Made by a program: the position numbers and the translations under genes. From positions 96,001-160,000 of the forward strand of contig CAVQGX010000042.1 of the NCBI GenBank assembly GCA_963712115.1: a DNA stretch of 64,000 bases, written 5' to 3'. The notes beneath the pieces are model-generated. The model saw nothing but the letters and a program-made list of their open reading frames with translations. It did not search any database and had not been told where the DNA came from. Source of the DNA: an uncultured delta proteobacterium (GTDB lineage Bacteria > Desulfobacterota > Syntrophobacteria > BM002). Positions 21,673-32,057 of this stretch are shown here, one piece after another (within the stretch, counting starts at the first letter, position 1; each line of letters begins with the position of its first letter).

Positions 21673-22398
21673 GTGATAATAGAAGAAATCACTATGGATG
21701 ATTTTGCCTCAGGCCTGGAAAAGACGAGGACCGTGATCATCCCTTTTGGTTCCACAGAAGAACACGGACCGCATCTTCCTTTGGGTGCAGATACCATTCA
21801 TGTTTACGAAGTCTGCAAAGAGGCCGCGAAACAAATTTCGGTGTTCGTGGCGCCTCCCCTATTTTATGGTGTTTGCCGAAGTACGCGCAATCACCCTGGT
21901 ACCGTGGGTATCAGACCATCCACTTTACGGGCAATCACCGCTGATTTAGTTTCTGATCTTTACCGACAGGGACTGCGCCATTTTCTCATCATCTCTGGAC
22001 ACGCCAGCGGTCTTCACATATCCTGCCTCATTGAGGTCGGCGAAGAACTTCTTCGGAGTTATCCTGACATTCGGATGGCGGTGCTTTCCCTTCTCGACCT
22101 GAGTATGCCCGCCTGGCAGGAGGTCATTACCACTCAAGACGACTCCCACGCAGGTGAGGTGGAGACCTCAATCATGCTTCATCTACGTCCCCATTTGGTG
22201 GGTGAGGCCAGACCGCGGGAGAGGCCCCATTTTCCCGAACACTTGCTGGTTAGGGATAAGTTGCGCTACTGGCCAGGCGGAGTGTGGGGTGACGCCAGTC
22301 ATGCCTCAGAGGGGAAGGGCAGTAAGCTATTTGATCTCTCGGTTGCCGCTCTTGTCCGGCTAATCAAGGATCTCGACGGTAATGGCGAACAACTATGA
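21673..22398 (+). CDS. Creatininase-family amidohydrolase
   Basis: PFGSTEEHGPHLPLGAD, GH and HAGEVETS motifs. Confidence 0.9.
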   Translation: MIIEEITMDDFASGLEKTRTVIIPFGSTEEHGPHLPLGADTIHVYEVCKEAAKQISVFVAPPLFYGVCRSTRNHPGTVGIRPSTLRAITADLVSDLYRQGLRHFLIISGHASGLHISCLIEVGEELLRSYPDIRMAVLSLLDLSMPAWQEVITTQDDSHAGEVETSIMLHLRPHLVGEARPRERPHFPEHLLVRDKLRYWPGGVWGDASHASEGKGSKLFDLSVAALVRLIKDLDGNGEQL

Positions 22399-24455
22399 AC
22401 ACTCCAGATTTACTGGCACCAGCGGGAAACATTGAAAGCTTCTTCGCCGCCTTGGAAAATGGTGCCGACGCCGTATATGTGGGTTATCGCCATTTCAACG
22501 CCAGAGCCCTGGCCGCCAACTTCACCCTCGAAGATATTGCCCGGTTGAAGGAATACGCCCACAACCACGGGGTTAAACTTTATGTAGCCTTGAACGCTGC
22601 ATTGCGTGAAGAGGAAATCGAAGAAATAGTTGATACCCTCTCTGGCCTTTCGCAGGTTGAGCCCGATGGGCTCATCATCCAGGATGGGGCCATTGCTCGC
22701 CTGTGTCAACTTCACTTCCCCAACTTGAGCCTACACGCCAGCACTCTCATGACCGTGCACAATTCAGCTGGGGTTGAACAACTGCAAAGCATGGGTTTTC
22801 AGCGGGTGGTGCTGGCCCGTGAGCTTACAATTGAAGAACTTGCCAGCATTGCCACGAGTACCACTTTAGAGCTGGAAATCTTCATCCACGGTGCGCTGTG
22901 CTATTCATACTCAGGTCTATGTTTGGCTAGTTCCTTCTATGGAGGCCGGAGCAGCGTGCGAGGCAGATGTGTGCAGCCTTGCAGGCGTCTGTATCGCTCA
23001 GGCAGACACCAAGGATACTTTTTCTCTCCCAATGATCTATCTGCTATCGATTTGATCCCCAGGTTGCGCCAACTTAGACTTGCTGCCTTCAAAATTGAAG
23101 GTCGCATGAAGCCAGCGTCTTACGTTGCAGCGGTTGTCCGTGCCTATCGACTCGTATTGGATTCTCCACCAGGTGATGAGACCAAGGCGATTGCCGAAGC
23201 CCGACGCTTCCTCAAAGAGGCATACGGCCGAAAACCCACCCAAGGATTTCTCCCGGCCGATCAGCGGGGCGAGATCATTACGCCCCATCGTAGTGGTGCC
23301 AGTGGTCGTATTGCTGCCAAGGTGGAATGGGTGCGTGACAACCGCATGGGGCTGAGGTTACATTGTCCCCTGGCAGTTGGCGATCGACTGCGGTTGGAGT
23401 CGAATGAGGAAGTGGAAAAAACCGCTTTTACTATTAGAGATATGGTTGTTAAAGGTAAGCATCCGACCGAGGCCTCAACTGGTACCGTAGTTGCTGTTCC
23501 CCGGATTCGTGACGCTCGCCGGGGAGATCGGGTGTTCAAAACCGGTTCCAAGTCTGGAAAGAGCCCATCATCAGCCAAACTCCGCCGTCTTCTCAGAGAA
23601 AAAACTTCAACACCTCGGCTGGCTGGCTCTATAGCAGTTATCGAGACAAAGATACCCCCCCAACCAAAAAAAGGAGAATCAGATAAGCAAGCCTCCACCC
23701 TTTACCTTAGGTTATCTCATTTGGGAGGGCTCAATGCTGGCCTTGACTCAGGTGCCGACTGGATCCTCCTGCAGGCAACCAAGTCCAACCTAAACTCCCT
23801 GTCCAAACGCAAAATGGCCTTGAGTAAAAGAAGTCGTCTCTTCTGGGGTTTGCCAGCAATAATTCACCAGAAGGATTTGGAGTTTTATAGGGAGCAGGTA
23901 GGTATACTGCAGCAAACAGGGCATAACCAATGGCTGGTGGCCAACTGGGCACATTTCCGCTTATTTTCTCGGCCGCCCGACGCCATCATTGCAGACTACA
24001 CCTTCAATGTACTCAACTCGCATGCTGCCTTTTTGCTCAATGAGATGGGTTGCCAACGGGTGATTCTCTCTTTGGAAAACGACCGGAACAATCTCAGGAA
24101 ATTGGCACCGGCAATCCAGAGATTAACCCCCCTGGCAACAGTCTTCGGATGGCCAGCTCTCTTTACTAGCCGTCTAGGGGTAAAGCCACGGGAGGGATAT
24201 GCCATCTGGGGCTCGAATAGAAATAGGCTGCAACACAGCCGGCAGGCAGAGATTACCTCGGTCCGCTCTGATCGTCCACTGTGCCTGTTTGAGCACTTGA
24301 TGGAATTGGGCAAAATGGGTGTGATGGATTTTGTCGTAGACCTGAGAGGGCAAAAATTTCAGGGTCATGAACTGAATAATATTATGAAGGGACTGGGCCG
24401 GCAACGTTGTCCGCAAACGCACAGCACCTTCAACTATTTAGGAAAGTTAATGTGA
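22395..24455 (+). CDS. Peptidase-U32-family Fe-S protein (long RlhA-like form)
   Basis: LLAPAG, GADAVY, EIFIHGALCYSYSGLC...GRCVQPCR and KIEGR motifs; overlaps the upstream stop (ATGA). Confidence 0.85.
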   Translation: MNTPDLLAPAGNIESFFAALENGADAVYVGYRHFNARALAANFTLEDIARLKEYAHNHGVKLYVALNAALREEEIEEIVDTLSGLSQVEPDGLIIQDGAIARLCQLHFPNLSLHASTLMTVHNSAGVEQLQSMGFQRVVLARELTIEELASIATSTTLELEIFIHGALCYSYSGLCLASSFYGGRSSVRGRCVQPCRRLYRSGRHQGYFFSPNDLSAIDLIPRLRQLRLAAFKIEGRMKPASYVAAVVRAYRLVLDSPPGDETKAIAEARRFLKEAYGRKPTQGFLPADQRGEIITPHRSGASGRIAAKVEWVRDNRMGLRLHCPLAVGDRLRLESNEEVEKTAFTIRDMVVKGKHPTEASTGTVVAVPRIRDARRGDRVFKTGSKSGKSPSSAKLRRLLREKTSTPRLAGSIAVIETKIPPQPKKGESDKQASTLYLRLSHLGGLNAGLDSGADWILLQATKSNLNSLSKRKMALSKRSRLFWGLPAIIHQKDLEFYREQVGILQQTGHNQWLVANWAHFRLFSRPPDAIIADYTFNVLNSHAAFLLNEMGCQRVILSLENDRNNLRKLAPAIQRLTPLATVFGWPALFTSRLGVKPREGYAIWGSNRNRLQHSRQAEITSVRSDRPLCLFEHLMELGKMGVMDFVVDLRGQKFQGHELNNIMKGLGRQRCPQTHSTFNYLGKLM

Positions 24456-24612
24456 TGTGGGATATGGGATTTGGCATAGGGCATAGAGCATGGGGCATAG
24501 GGTAAGGAGTCACGAGTCAGAATCCAGAATTCAGGTTTCAGCTTTTGTGTTTCTCTTCCCTGACACCTGAAACCTGACACCTTGAGATTTGGTGCTTGGG
24601 ATTTAAGATTTT
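24456..24612. repeat. Composite heptamer block with a CAGGTTT/AAACCTG hairpin
   Basis: 24474-24534 matches 46060-46120 at 56/61; 24531-24580 matches the reverse complement of 37190-37239 at 48/50. Confidence 0.85.
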
Positions 24613-24642
24613 TCGACGTCCTAATGAAATAGAAAGGCAAAG

Positions 24643-25404
24643 ATGGTTTTTGATAAGATATCTGATTACTTCGCCTTAATGGCTGCTCTGCCCAGCGAGG
24701 GTGAGCTTATCCTAGATCAATGCAGAATTGTTGGGACTGAGACTAAGGGTGACCTGGAAATCCTTCGTGGTACTCTGACCGACAAAAAGGTGCTTGTCAC
24801 TTTCAGTGGCCTGGGCAAAATAAACGCTGCTGCTGCGGCAGCAGCAATCCTGTCCAGCTACTCAGTTTCACGTCTTTGGATGTGGGGCTCGGGAGGGGCT
24901 TATGATTTGGCGGGAGTCGAGATCAACGATGTAGCCTTGGCCAGCGAGGAAATTCTTGGGGACGAGGGTGTTGCAACTATCAGCAACTGGCAACCACTTG
25001 ATGCCATAGGTATTTCCTTGATTGATACCAAGGGGGAGCCCATCTTTAACCGAATGGAGGTGGATCCGCTGGAGTTGAAGCGAAGCAGGCAATTGCTTAG
25101 TGAGTGGCAGCGTGTTCCGCCCGCACCCCGAATACATGTGGGCTCATTTGTCACAGTATCAGCCGTCAGTGGTAGCCCCGCCAGGGCCCGTCTTTTATCC
25201 GACCGTTACAGGGCTCTGTGCGAAAATATGGAAGGTGGAGCAGTTGCCCAGGTATGCCTCCGCTATCAAGTGCCCTTTCTGGAAATCAGGGGATTGAGCA
25301 ATCGGGCCGGTGACCGAAACAAAAAGAGATGGCAGCTGAGCAAGGCTTTGAATAATTGTCAGCAAGCCCTTCTCTATTTGCTCGAAAATTGGGACAAGGT
25401 GTGA
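24643..25404 (+). CDS. mqnB: Futalosine hydrolase (PNP/MTA nucleosidase family)
   Basis: SGLGKINAA, GSGGAY, FVTVS, CENMEGGA and EIRGLSNRAGDR motifs; adjacent to mqnD. Confidence 0.85.
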   Translation: MVFDKISDYFALMAALPSEGELILDQCRIVGTETKGDLEILRGTLTDKKVLVTFSGLGKINAAAAAAAILSSYSVSRLWMWGSGGAYDLAGVEINDVALASEEILGDEGVATISNWQPLDAIGISLIDTKGEPIFNRMEVDPLELKRSRQLLSEWQRVPPAPRIHVGSFVTVSAVSGSPARARLLSDRYRALCENMEGGAVAQVCLRYQVPFLEIRGLSNRAGDRNKKRWQLSKALNNCQQALLYLLENWDKV

Positions 25405-25594
25405 GTAGCTCTTCCACCTTTGTGCTATCATTAAAGCTTAGTTCAATAATAATACGGTTGCGGCTTTAGCGGAGTGACACGGAGAGGCAAGCATTTTTCT
25501 CCGCGTCTCCGTTTCTCCGGTTCGCCCAGTCGACCTGCACAGGCTAGCGCCGTTCTAGACAGATTTTTTTGCCTGCAATCAAGGTATCGTACGC

Positions 25595-26431
25595 ATGAGA
25601 ACTTTGACTCTTGGTTTCTCCCCTTGCCCCAACGACACCTTTATTTTTGGAGCACTCGCCACCGGCAAGCTTGAGGTTCCCGGCTTCCGGCTGGAGATAA
25701 TCCACGAAGATGTGGAAGCCCTGAATAAACTTGCCAGGGAAGCCCTTCTGGACTTTACCAAAATATCTTTTCACGCCTTCGCACTGGTGGTAAAGCGCTA
25801 CGCTCTCCTTCGCTCCGGTGCTGCCCTGGGTAGGGGCTGCGGCCCCCTGGTGGTAGCAAGGGAACCAAGGGATATGGACAGTCTGCGCGGGGAAGCCATA
25901 GCTATTCCTGGAGAGCTAACTACAGCAAATCTCCTTCTCCAGCTTTACGGAGAAGGTTTTGCCCATGTACACCCAACGTCCTACGAAACCATCATGCCAC
26001 GGTTACAGCGCGGCGAGTTTGCTGCTGGTGTGGTCATCCATGAAGGGAGATTTACTTATCACAACCACGGATTACACCAGGTGCTGGATTTGGGCGGCTG
26101 GTGGGAAGAAACCCAAGATCTTCCTATTGCACTGGGAGGAATTCTTGTTCGCCGCGACCTTGGTTATGATGTTGCCGAGGTAATAGAGGATGCTATTCGC
26201 CACAGCTTGAACTTCGCTCGCCAAAACTCAGAAGAAATCTGGCCCTATATCAAGACGCACGCCCAGGAGATGGACGACGAGGTAATAAGGCAGCATATAG
26301 ATCTTTACGTCAATGAGTACTCCCTTGATTTGGGGGAGGAGGGTAGGCTCGCCATCAAGACACTGCTAGAGCTGGCCCATAAACGTGGCCTCCTGCCCCC
26401 TGTGACTGCTGGTCTTTTTCTGACGGACTAG
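25595..26431 (+). CDS. mqnD: 1,4-dihydroxy-6-naphthoate synthase
   Basis: GFSPCPNDTFIF, GAALGRGCGP, IHEGRFTY and HIDLYVN motifs. Confidence 0.95.
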   Translation: MRTLTLGFSPCPNDTFIFGALATGKLEVPGFRLEIIHEDVEALNKLAREALLDFTKISFHAFALVVKRYALLRSGAALGRGCGPLVVAREPRDMDSLRGEAIAIPGELTTANLLLQLYGEGFAHVHPTSYETIMPRLQRGEFAAGVVIHEGRFTYHNHGLHQVLDLGGWWEETQDLPIALGGILVRRDLGYDVAEVIEDAIRHSLNFARQNSEEIWPYIKTHAQEMDDEVIRQHIDLYVNEYSLDLGEEGRLAIKTLLELAHKRGLLPPVTAGLFLTD

Positions 26432-26449
26432 CTGAACGGAAGAACAACA

Positions 26450-27604
26450 ATGCGCACAGAGAACAACAAATTGACCGTCACCTATTTTCCCTACACCTTA
26501 ATGCATAAGAATGACCTGAAAAGGTTAATCCCTTATTTCGATAACATTCGGTTACTTCAAGTTTTCCCTGATTCTGATCCTGGGCTGCCAGATCTGGTCC
26601 AGACCTCCCAGCTGGTACAACTCTACGCCCCCATATCCAACCCGGCCCTATTAGAAACCGTTAGCAGAGCACGCAAAACATATGATCAACTGGGAAGAGT
26701 TCACCAGGATGGCCTGGCTCATTTGCTTCAAACCTTTGCCTTACAGGAGGATTTCGAGGGCTCTCGCACTGGTCTAGTGGCGAGAATTAGGCAGGCTCAC
26801 CCTCGGTTGAGTGAAGACGAGCTGGAATTTGTTAACGATGCTGTCTTCATCCTTCTCGCTCATCAATTCGATCAGGAGCATCTCGAATTGGATCTACAGC
26901 TGGAGCGAATCCGTGGACTGGAGGCCAAGTTTCAGGAAGAGGTGGGTATTGGTACCGACGAAGAAAGCGAGATCACGGCGGCGACATCGGTATTATTGCA
27001 AGAGTCGGATCCACCTCGAGCTCAATATCCTTTCCAACGTCTGAGGGGTTGGACCCATCTTTATTGTTTACAGAAGCATATGTCATCTTTTCCTGCCCTC
27101 ACTACCAGCCCAGAGGTCTTGTCGGAGATTGTTGAACGGTTGCCATCCCAGTTTGCCGCTCTCTCGGGAGAATTGCCGGCAATGGAAATGGAACAGCATC
27201 TCCTGTCCATTCTTCCAGATCCCCAGTCGCTTTCTCTGGAAGAGGTCCTGGAATTCAGACGGTTGCTGAGCCGCGAGTCAACTGTGGATAATTGGCGAAA
27301 GTCCCTTACTGCCGTTTTTGAACAACTAGAGCGAGAGCCACTCCAAGAGGTAATGTGGCAAGAAATAAACCATCATCTGCAAGAACAGGCCCATGGGTTT
27401 CGCCAGCTCTGGCCAGCCTCTGAAAAGCCCAGCCGCTACCTGAAGCTCGAGTGCCTGTGCTATCCCAGGATGCAGCCAGAGGTGGCTTTTGCCTTAGCAT
27501 CTGGCCTAAAACTGCCGGCTGCAAAAATGTACGCCCCCGCGGACACCAATGGAATTACGCTTTTAATCTACCCGTCAGAAATTCAACCAGGTGACAGACA
27601 GTAA
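26450..27604 (+). CDS. Hypothetical protein
   Basis: 384-aa ORF 18 bp after mqnD on the same strand; no motif recognised. Confidence 0.75.
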   Translation: MRTENNKLTVTYFPYTLMHKNDLKRLIPYFDNIRLLQVFPDSDPGLPDLVQTSQLVQLYAPISNPALLETVSRARKTYDQLGRVHQDGLAHLLQTFALQEDFEGSRTGLVARIRQAHPRLSEDELEFVNDAVFILLAHQFDQEHLELDLQLERIRGLEAKFQEEVGIGTDEESEITAATSVLLQESDPPRAQYPFQRLRGWTHLYCLQKHMSSFPALTTSPEVLSEIVERLPSQFAALSGELPAMEMEQHLLSILPDPQSLSLEEVLEFRRLLSRESTVDNWRKSLTAVFEQLEREPLQEVMWQEINHHLQEQAHGFRQLWPASEKPSRYLKLECLCYPRMQPEVAFALASGLKLPAAKMYAPADTNGITLLIYPSEIQPGDRQ

Positions 27605-27676
27605 CTCCCAGCCCTCAATGTCTATGCGGAGTTAAATGCATAGGCGTATTGCTCAAATCTAAAATATCCGGGCTAA

Positions 27677-29038
27677 CTAGATGGCAAAGGGGGAGGTACT
27701 AGAGGAGGGATTTTCGAGCTGTTGCCCCAAAAACTCTACTTGGTTACGCACACCGCTTTTTTGTTGAATCTGCCGTGAGATGTTATCCACAGCATGGATG
27801 ACCGTGGCGTGGGAACGATTGAAGGCCCGACCGATGGACTCCAGAGTTTCATCAGTGTACTTGCGGCAAAAGTACATTCCCAAATTACGTGGATATACGA
27901 CGCCTTTTTTGCGGGAATTTGACTTCAGTGCTTCAACCGAGACCTTGAAGTACTGACAGATAACTTGTTGTACTCGTTCTATGCTTACTGCCTCGCGGCT
28001 GTCACAGACCGATTCCAGAACCTCGTGGGCGAGTCTTAGATCAATAGGCTTCTCCAAAAGTGAGGACTTGGCTACGATACCAATTATAGAGCTTTCCAGC
28101 TGTCGTATATCTCGGGTGATGTGGGTGGCCAACAACTCTGCCACCTCCGAGGGAAGTCGGATTCCCTCGTTGTCTGCTTTCTTCTCGAGAATCTTTAGCC
28201 TTGTTTGAAAATCGGGCGGTTCGATGTGGGTAACCATTCCCGCGGTCAACCGTGATTGCAGCTTGCTCTTGAGTTTGGGAATATCCCTTGGGAAATGGGT
28301 CCCGGTGAATATGACTCGCTTATCATCCCTACTCAGAGCATCAAGTGTATAAGACAGTTCAGCCTGCGTTTTCTCTTTGCCACTGAGAAATTGCACTTCC
28401 TCCAAAAGAAGTACATCGCAACCGCTGCGGAATTTTTCCTTGAATCCTTCCATGCGCCGTTGCTTAATAGCGACGACCATCTCATTGGTGAATTCCTCAG
28501 CAGTGAGATAGAGAACACGGGTGTTTCTATTGTGGGATAGGATATGGTTGCCAATAGCATGGGAGAGGTGGCTTTTCCCCAGCCCGGTATCGGCCAATAG
28601 ATAAAGAGAACTGCTGAGGCCGCGGTCGCCGCTGGCAATAGCAAAGGAAGCTTGAAAGGCAAAGCTGTTACCCGAGCCCACCACGAATTGGTCAAAAGTG
28701 AATCTGCGATTTAAGCGGTAAAGATTTCCGTTTTCTTGCGGGGGCAATGGAAGCGGCAATTGGCTGGAATCATCATCGCCTGTTGGGAGTCTTCGAGGGG
28801 TGGCTGCCAAGCGCAAATGGATTTCTTCGGAGGTGCCGCTGTGTCTTTCCCAACTGCTTTTAATTTCAGCTAGATAATTTTCCCGGACCCAGTTGAGAAA
28901 AAAACGGTTGGGGCAAGCCAGGGACACTTTACCTTCATCAGAAACAACCAAATCCAGGGGATCAATCCACATTTTATAACAGTTGCTAGAGATGCGACCT
29001 TGCAGGTCATCCTTGGTCCGCCTCCAGATATCTTCCAT
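27677..29038 (-). CDS. dnaA: DnaA-family replication initiator protein, divergent (possible paralog)
   Basis: Domain I (WIDPL, PNRFF..W), FTFDQFVVGSGN, GLGKSHL, SRLTAG, IRQLES and domain IV HTH. ATG at 29038 has a GAGGGG RBS. Confidence 0.88.
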   Translation of the reverse strand: MEDIWRRTKDDLQGRISSNCYKMWIDPLDLVVSDEGKVSLACPNRFFLNWVRENYLAEIKSSWERHSGTSEEIHLRLAATPRRLPTGDDDSSQLPLPLPPQENGNLYRLNRRFTFDQFVVGSGNSFAFQASFAIASGDRGLSSSLYLLADTGLGKSHLSHAIGNHILSHNRNTRVLYLTAEEFTNEMVVAIKQRRMEGFKEKFRSGCDVLLLEEVQFLSGKEKTQAELSYTLDALSRDDKRVIFTGTHFPRDIPKLKSKLQSRLTAGMVTHIEPPDFQTRLKILEKKADNEGIRLPSEVAELLATHITRDIRQLESSIIGIVAKSSLLEKPIDLRLAHEVLESVCDSREAVSIERVQQVICQYFKVSVEALKSNSRKKGVVYPRNLGMYFCRKYTDETLESIGRAFNRSHATVIHAVDNISRQIQQKSGVRNQVEFLGQQLENPSSSTSPFAI

Positions 29039-29855
29039 AAAACACCCTCTACAGATATGCCAAATCCCTCTGCATTCTAGCCCCATCTATTCGTGCACAA
29101 GGAATTAGACTTCACTAATGAGGACAAAACACGGAAACAAAAATTTTCTTGCGTTCAGACCGCAATGAAAGCCCGGATAGTTGTGATAACTCTTTTTCTC
29201 GCTTAGGTTCCGCTTGGTTGGTTTACTCTGGAACGGAACACCAGAGAGATGCTAAGACCTTAATTCAAATTCGTCTCCAAAGTTTTTGACTTGTCGACTT
29301 TTACTTGGGAGCAAAGCGGTAGTCAAATGGACGATGCTTTTTCCTGGCTAAAGCGCGGAGACGTTTCGTCACATGGGTTAGCTTTGTAATCTATCCGAAT
29401 TCTGATGTCAAACTCTGTATAGCCGCATTTTACTCTAATCATCCCTAAATTGTTAACAATTAAATTTCATCCAGATTTCCGGACCTTGTTAAAGTATATT
29501 CAGATAAGGGTGCGGCAACAGTCATTTTTCCTATCTTTCGAGAAATCTATCTGATATTCAAGGGCTTACGTAGGCATTTTTTCTTATTTTTTCTTTATCA
29601 ACATTCATGATCTTCTGATTTCGCCGATTTCCTCCTTTTTTTTACCATCAATTTTTTTCATCACAACCATCAACTTGGGCGTTGAATTCAAAATCAGATT
29701 TTGCCAATATACTTAATACATTTCCTTCCACCATTGACATTGACGAGATATCAACACCATTGTCGACTGGCCCGCTAGGCCTTGTCTTAGTAATGCTTTG
29801 CTACTAACAACCGTCTCATAACTGCAGGCCTACCTGCAAGAATAGGAGAGCCTCC

Positions 29856-30788
29856 ATGGAAAAACTCACTGTGGCATTGCTCAGTGGCGGGCGCTCAGCC
29901 GAGCGCGAGGTATCACTAAAAAGTGGAGAACAAGTTTACCAAGCCCTGAATAAGGTCAAATACAACATCCGCCGCTACGACCCCAGGGATGACTTAGCTC
30001 ATCTCATAACCGAAGCTGGAGAGATCGACGTGGCCCTGATAATTCTCCACGGACGTTACGGCGAAGACGGAACAATCCAAGGACTCCTAGAGCTACTGGA
30101 TATTCCCTATCACGGCAGTGGTGTCCTCGGTAGCGCTCTTGGCATAAACAAAATCCTTTCCAAACGGCTTTATGAACACGCCGGCCTTCCGGTTTCTCCC
30201 TACCTTATCCTTGATCGTGCCGACCCAGATGGTCGGGCCAAAGTTCAGGAAGTGTTAGGTTTTCCGGTGGTGGTCAAACCCGAGCATGAAGGCTCCAGTA
30301 TAGGCCTTAGTATAGTGGCTGAAGCTGGCAAACTCAAGCCTGCACTGGAACTGGCCGGTGAGTATGACCGGTTCGTCCTGGTGGAGAAATACCTGGAGGG
30401 TACCGAGATAACCGGTGCGGTTCTCGGCAATCTTAATCCCGAGCCTCTCCCCTTGGTGGAGATTATTCCTGGTGATCAGTATGAGTTTTTTGACTACGAG
30501 GCCAAATACAAACCAGGGGCCACTGAAGAGATCTGTCCGGCCCGGCTTAGTGAAAAACTCACCAAAAAAGCACAGGACTATGCGGTACGAGCCCACCAGG
30601 CGTTGAAATGCAGGGGCTACAGCCGTACAGATATGATTGTCAGCAAGGATGAAATCTATATTCTAGAAACCAATACCATACCCGGCATGACCGCCACCAG
30701 TCTTTATCCCCAGGCGGCAGCCGCTGCAGGTATTAGTTTTTCAGAACTCCTGGACCGACTAATCGAACTGGCCCTTGAGAAAGATTAA
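29856..30788 (+). CDS. ddl: D-alanine--D-alanine ligase
   Basis: GGRSAEREVS, LHGRYGEDG, EGSSIG, FDYEAKY and ETNTIPGMT motifs. Confidence 0.97.
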   Translation: MEKLTVALLSGGRSAEREVSLKSGEQVYQALNKVKYNIRRYDPRDDLAHLITEAGEIDVALIILHGRYGEDGTIQGLLELLDIPYHGSGVLGSALGINKILSKRLYEHAGLPVSPYLILDRADPDGRAKVQEVLGFPVVVKPEHEGSSIGLSIVAEAGKLKPALELAGEYDRFVLVEKYLEGTEITGAVLGNLNPEPLPLVEIIPGDQYEFFDYEAKYKPGATEEICPARLSEKLTKKAQDYAVRAHQALKCRGYSRTDMIVSKDEIYILETNTIPGMTATSLYPQAAAAAGISFSELLDRLIELALEKD

Positions 30789-30827
30789 ATCGAATTCGGA
30801 GTTCAATGCGGAACGGGAAACTCTATT

Positions 30828-30987
30828 AAATTCTAAATCCCAAATCCTAAGCACCAAACAAATTCAAATTCTCCAAATCCAAATGATCCAAACTCAGGAT
30901 GAGTCTATTTGTGCAGTTCCGTTTTGAACATTGGAGAATTGGGATTTTGAATTTGTTTAGGATTTAGATATTGTGATTTAGGATTTC
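30828..30987. repeat. ~160-bp imperfect palindromic element, family copy 2
   Basis: aaacaaattcaaattctccaaatccaaatgatccaaac paired with gttttgaacattggagaattgggattttgaatttgttt. Confidence 0.85.
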
Positions 30988-31033
30988 TGCCTCAGTTTAT
31001 CGAGCATCCAGCATCAAATATCCAGTATCGGTT

Positions 31034-32044
31034 TCAACAAATTCGCGGTAGTTGCTCTCCACTAAGCATATCCACAATTCGACGGCCACCGATACCCGTG
31101 TGCAAAACTACCCTCCCTGGATGCTGGGAAACAACCCTCCCTATGATACAGCTATCCCTCCCTAACGGATGCTGTCGCATTTTATGCAAGACCTGGTCTG
31201 CATCCTCTGGTGCCACCACGACAAGCACCTTTCCCTCATTGGCTACGTAGAGAGGATCAAGCCCCAGCATTTCACAGGCTGCGTTCACCTCGGGCCTTAC
31301 CGGCAGACTTGATTCTTCCAACTCTATCCCAACCGCCGACTGGTTTGCCACCTCATTGAGGGCGGTAGCGACCCCACCCCTGGTAGGATCTCGAAGCACG
31401 TGAATATTTCGGCTCACCTCTAGCATATCACTCACCAGCCCGTTGAGAGGGGCTGAATCGCTTTGTATCTCTGTTTGGAAAGAAAGCCCTTCCCTAGTTG
31501 ACAGTACCGCAATGCCATGATCTCCCACTGGCCCATTTACCAAGATAAAATCTCCTGGCTTCGCGTTCTGACCGGCGATATCCACTCCGGGTGCAATTAT
31601 ACCCACCCCGGCGGTATTGATGAAGATTCGATCCGCTTTCCCTCGCTCCACCACCTTGGTGTCGGCTGCCACCACCTGTACGCCAGCCTCCCTGGCTGCT
31701 TCGGCCATGGAGTTTAAGAGTTTTTCCAAATCGGTTATTTCCAAGCCCTCCTCCAGAATGAAACCGACACTGAGATAACAGGGCTGGGCACCGCGCATTG
31801 CTAAATCGTTTACTGTGCCATGCACCGCGAGACTGCCTATATCTCCTCCCGGGAAAAAGATCGGATCCACCACATACGAGTCAGTGCTCATGGCCAAGCG
31901 CATATCTTGGAAATTTAGGAGGGCGCTGTCGTTAAGTTCTTTGAGAATGGGATTAGCTAAGGCGGGCATGAAGGTTTTGGCCACGAGATCATGCGAAGCT
32001 CTACCCCCTGCACCGTGGTCCATCTGGATTCTCTTGGTCTTCAT
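31034..32044 (-). CDS. hypE: Hydrogenase maturation protein HypE
   Basis: HGAGG, STDSYVV and DPTRGG motifs; C-terminal PRIC. Confidence 0.98.
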   Translation of the reverse strand: MKTKRIQMDHGAGGRASHDLVAKTFMPALANPILKELNDSALLNFQDMRLAMSTDSYVVDPIFFPGGDIGSLAVHGTVNDLAMRGAQPCYLSVGFILEEGLEITDLEKLLNSMAEAAREAGVQVVAADTKVVERGKADRIFINTAGVGIIAPGVDIAGQNAKPGDFILVNGPVGDHGIAVLSTREGLSFQTEIQSDSAPLNGLVSDMLEVSRNIHVLRDPTRGGVATALNEVANQSAVGIELEESSLPVRPEVNAACEMLGLDPLYVANEGKVLVVVAPEDADQVLHKMRQHPLGRDSCIIGRVVSQHPGRVVLHTGIGGRRIVDMLSGEQLPRIC

Positions 32045-32057
32045 GGGGCCTTTCCTT

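Noticed and set aside
29087-29855. Replication origin (oriC)
   Set aside because: AT-rich and next to dnaA, but no cluster of consensus DnaA boxes was found, so it was not called.
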